DNA from: Squalus acanthias
Lineage: Eukaryota
Length of the DNA stretch: 64,000 nucleotides
Assembly (NCBI GenBank): GCA_030390025.1
Contig: CM059432.1
Coordinates: 57,104,001 to 57,168,000, forward strand
Direction of reading: 5' to 3'
Numbering within the stretch: position 1 is the first letter of the stretch; every line of letters begins with the position of its first letter. The notes beneath the pieces were generated by a model, which did not search any database, had not been told where the DNA came from, and was given only the letters and a program-made list of their open reading frames with translations. Of the stretch, positions 60,945 through 64,000 are shown piece after piece. Position numbers and translations under genes: made by a program.

Positions 60945-62380
60945 TACAACAAAAATATAGCGCCTTTAATGAAGTAACACATCCCATGGAGCTTCACAGG
61001 AGCGTAATCAAACAAAATTTGACAACGAGCCGCATAAGGAGATATCATAGAATAGTACAGCACAGAAGGAGCCCATTCGGCCCATCGAGTCGGCGCTGAC
61101 TCTTTCGAAGAGCAATTTAGTTAGTCCCACTCCCCTGTTTTTTTCCCATATCCCTGCAATTTTTTCTCCTTCAATTATTTATCCAATTCCCTTTTGAAGG
61201 CTACTATTGAATCTGTATTCACCACCCTATCAGGCAGTGCATTCCAAATCCTAACCACTCATCGCGAAAAAAGTTTTCCCTCATGTCGCCTCTGGTTCTT
61301 TTGCCAATCACCTTAAATCTGTGCCCTCTTGTTATCGACCCTTCAGCCATTGGAAACAGTTTCCCTTTATTTACTCTATCTAAATCCTTCATGATTTTAA
61401 ACACCTCTATCAAATCTCCTCTTAGCCTTCTCTGCTCCAAGAACAACAACCCCAGCTTCTCTAGTCTATCCACGTAACTGTAATCCTTCATCCCTGGAAC
61501 CATTCTGTACCCTCTCCAAAGCCTTCACGTCCTTCCTAAATTGTGGTGCCCAGAATGAGACACAATTCTCCAGCTGGGGTCGAACTAGCATTTTATCTAG
61601 GTTTAGCATAACTTCCTGGCTTTTGTACTCTATGCCTCTATTTATAAAGCCCAGGATCCCATATGCTTTATTAACTGCTTTGTTAACCTGTCCTGTCACC
61701 TTCGAGATTTGTGCACAAGCGTGCCCAGGTGTCTGTTTTACACCCCCTTTAAAATTGTAACATTCAGTGTGTATGGTCTCTCCTCATTCTTCCAGCCAAA
61801 ATGTATCAGTACACTTCTCTGCGTTGTATTTCATCTGCCATGTGTCCGCCCATTCCATAAGCCTGTCTATGTCTTCTTGAAATATATTAGGACAAACTTG
61901 GTCAAAGTGGTTGTGTTAAGGAGAGTCTTAAAGGAGGAGAGAGGTGGATAGGTTTAAGGAAGGAATACCAGAGCTTACGGCCTAGGCAGCAGAAGGCATA
62001 GCCGCCAATGGTGGAACAATGAAAATCGGGGATACACAAGAGGCCAGAATTGGAGGAGCGCAAAGATCTTGGAGAGTTGTAGGAGGTTACAGAGGTAGCG
62101 AGGCATTTGAAAACAAGGATGAGAAATTTAAAATCGAGGCATTGCCAGAATGGCAGTCTATGTAGGTCAGCGAGCACATGGGTGATGGGTGAACAGGACT
62201 TGGGTGTGATTTAGGATACAAGCAGCAGAGTTTTAGATGATCTCAAGTTTACGGAGGGTGCAAGGTGGGAGGCCGGACAGGGGAGCATTGGAATGGTTAA
62301 ATCTAGAGGTAACAAAGGCATGAATGAGGGTTTCAGCAGCAGATGAACCAAGGCAGGGACGGAAATGGGCGATGCTGCTG
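60945..62380 (-). mobile_element. L2 3' fragment split by CR1 (61046-61880)
   Basis: AGGAGATAT|...|ATATTAGGACA rejoin as in the copy at 170-190. ORF 61902-62177 has LDFKFLILVFKCL. Confidence 0.8.
61046..61880 (-). mobile_element. CR1 3' fragment (second subfamily)
   Basis: ORFs 61219-61503 and 61466-61699. Confidence 0.9.
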
Positions 62381-62489
62381 CTATGGGTAGTAAATGTTGA
62401 CTATCTACTGCAGTGTGGGTCACATGATGCAATGACCACTGAAATGTGGGACACATGCAGTGATATTAACTGCAATGTGAGGCTCATAC

Positions 62490-64000
62490 AATGAATTATA
62501 GAATGGTTACAGCACAGAAGGAGGCCATTTGGCCCGTCGAGACCATGCCAGCTTTCTGCAAGAGCACTTCAACTAGTCCCACTCCCCCACCCTATCCCCA
62601 TAGCCCTGCAATTTTTTTTCCCTTCAGGTACTTATCCAATTCCCTTTTGAAAACCACGTTTGAATCTGCCTCCACCAACCTTTCAGGCAGTACATTCCAG
62701 ATCCTAACCACTCACTGCATAAAAAAGATTTTCCTCATGTCGCCTTTGGTTCCTCTGCCAATCACCTTAACTCTGTCCTCTGGTTCTCGACCCTTCCGCC
62801 ATTGGGAACAGTTTCTCTCTATCTACTCTGTCTAGACCCCTCTTGATTTTGAACACCTCTATCAAATCTCCTCTCAACCTTCTCTGCTCTAAGGAGAACA
62901 ACCCCAGCTTCTCCAGTCTATCCACGTAACTGAAGTCCCTCATCCCTGGAACCATTCTTGTAAACCTTTTCTGCACCCTCTCTAAGGCCTTCACATCCTT
63001 CCTAAAGTGCAGCGCCCAAAATTGGACACAATACTCCAGTTGAGGCCGAACCAGTCTTTTATAAAGGTTCATCATAACTTTCTTGCTTTTGTACTCTATG
63101 CCTTTATTTATGAAGCCCAGGATCCCATATGCTTTTTTAACCAATTTCTCAACCTGCCCTGCCACTTTCAACGATTTGTGCACATATACCCCCAGGTCTA
63201 TCTGTTCATGCACCCCCTTTAGAATTGTACCCTTTAGTTTATATTGCCTCTCCTCGTTCTTCCTACCAAAATGTATCACTTCACACTTTTCTGCATTAAA
63301 TTTCATCTGCTACATGTCTGCCCATTCCACCAGCCTGTCTATGTCCTCTTGAAGTCTATCACTATCCTCCTCACTGTTCACTATACTTCCAAGTTTTGAG
63401 TCATTGCAAATTTTGAAATTGTGCCCTGTACACACAAGTCTAAGTCATTAATACATATCAAGAAAAGCAGTGGTTCTAGTACCGACCCCTGGGGAGCACC
63501 GCTGTATACCTTCCTCCAGTCCAAAAAACAACCGTTCACCGTTACTCTCTGTTTCTTGTCACTTAGCCAATTTCGTATCCATGCTGTCACTGTCCCTTTT
63601 ATTCCATGGGCTTCAACTTTGCTGGCAAGCCTATTATGTGGCACTTTATCAAACACCTTTTGGAAGTCCATGTCCACCACATCAACCGCATTGCCCTCAT
63701 CGACCCTCTCTGTTACCTCATCAAAAAACTGAATCAAGTTAGTTAAACACGATTTGCCTTTAACAAATCTGTGCTGGCTTTCCTTAATTAATCCACCCTT
63801 GTCCAAGTGACTGTTAATTTTGTCCCGGATTATTGTCTCTAAAAGCTTCCCCACTACCGAGGTTAAACTGACTGGCCTGTAGTTGCTGTGTTTATCCTTA
63901 CTCCCTTTTTTGAACAAGGGTGTAACATTTGCATTTCTCCAGTCCTCTGGCACTAGCCCCATATCCAAGGAGGATTGGAAGATTATGGCCAGTACCTCTG
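62490..64000 (-). mobile_element. CR1 LINE (second subfamily), continues beyond the window
   Basis: ORFs 62767-63306 and 63381-63968 (NYRPVSLTS, PQGSVL); 3'UTR at 62490-62600. Confidence 0.95.

Overview
Vertebrate genomic DNA, most likely a shark or other cartilaginous fish (inferred from Deu-domain tRNA SINEs and abundant CR1 LINEs). The only host coding sequence I can support is the 3' end of TRAPPC9 on the + strand: penultimate exon 43611-43834, last coding exon 56265-56444, and poly(A) signals beyond. Everything upstream of 43611 appears to be one intron of more than 43 kb. The rest is layered transposable elements. These include many CR1 copies (one near full length, with intact ORF1 and an ORF2 broken by only two +1 indels), L2 fragments and Deu-SINEs. 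There is also a complete but decayed 4.1-kb PIF/Harbinger transposon (TIRs, 3-bp TSD, transposase, spliced Myb/SANT gene), a matching non-autonomous derivative, and several more Harbinger-like MITE families. Features invisible in the ORF track include a hAT transposase relic with an internal minisatellite, a Jockey/I-like LINE relic and Penelope-like terminal fragments carrying minimal hammerhead-ribozyme motifs. I see no evidence for a wholly new biological system. The most interesting signals are the Harbinger/MITE set, the hammerhead motifs, and the TE geometry around the TRAPPC9 exon. All coordinates were read by eye; boundaries of old repeats are approximate.
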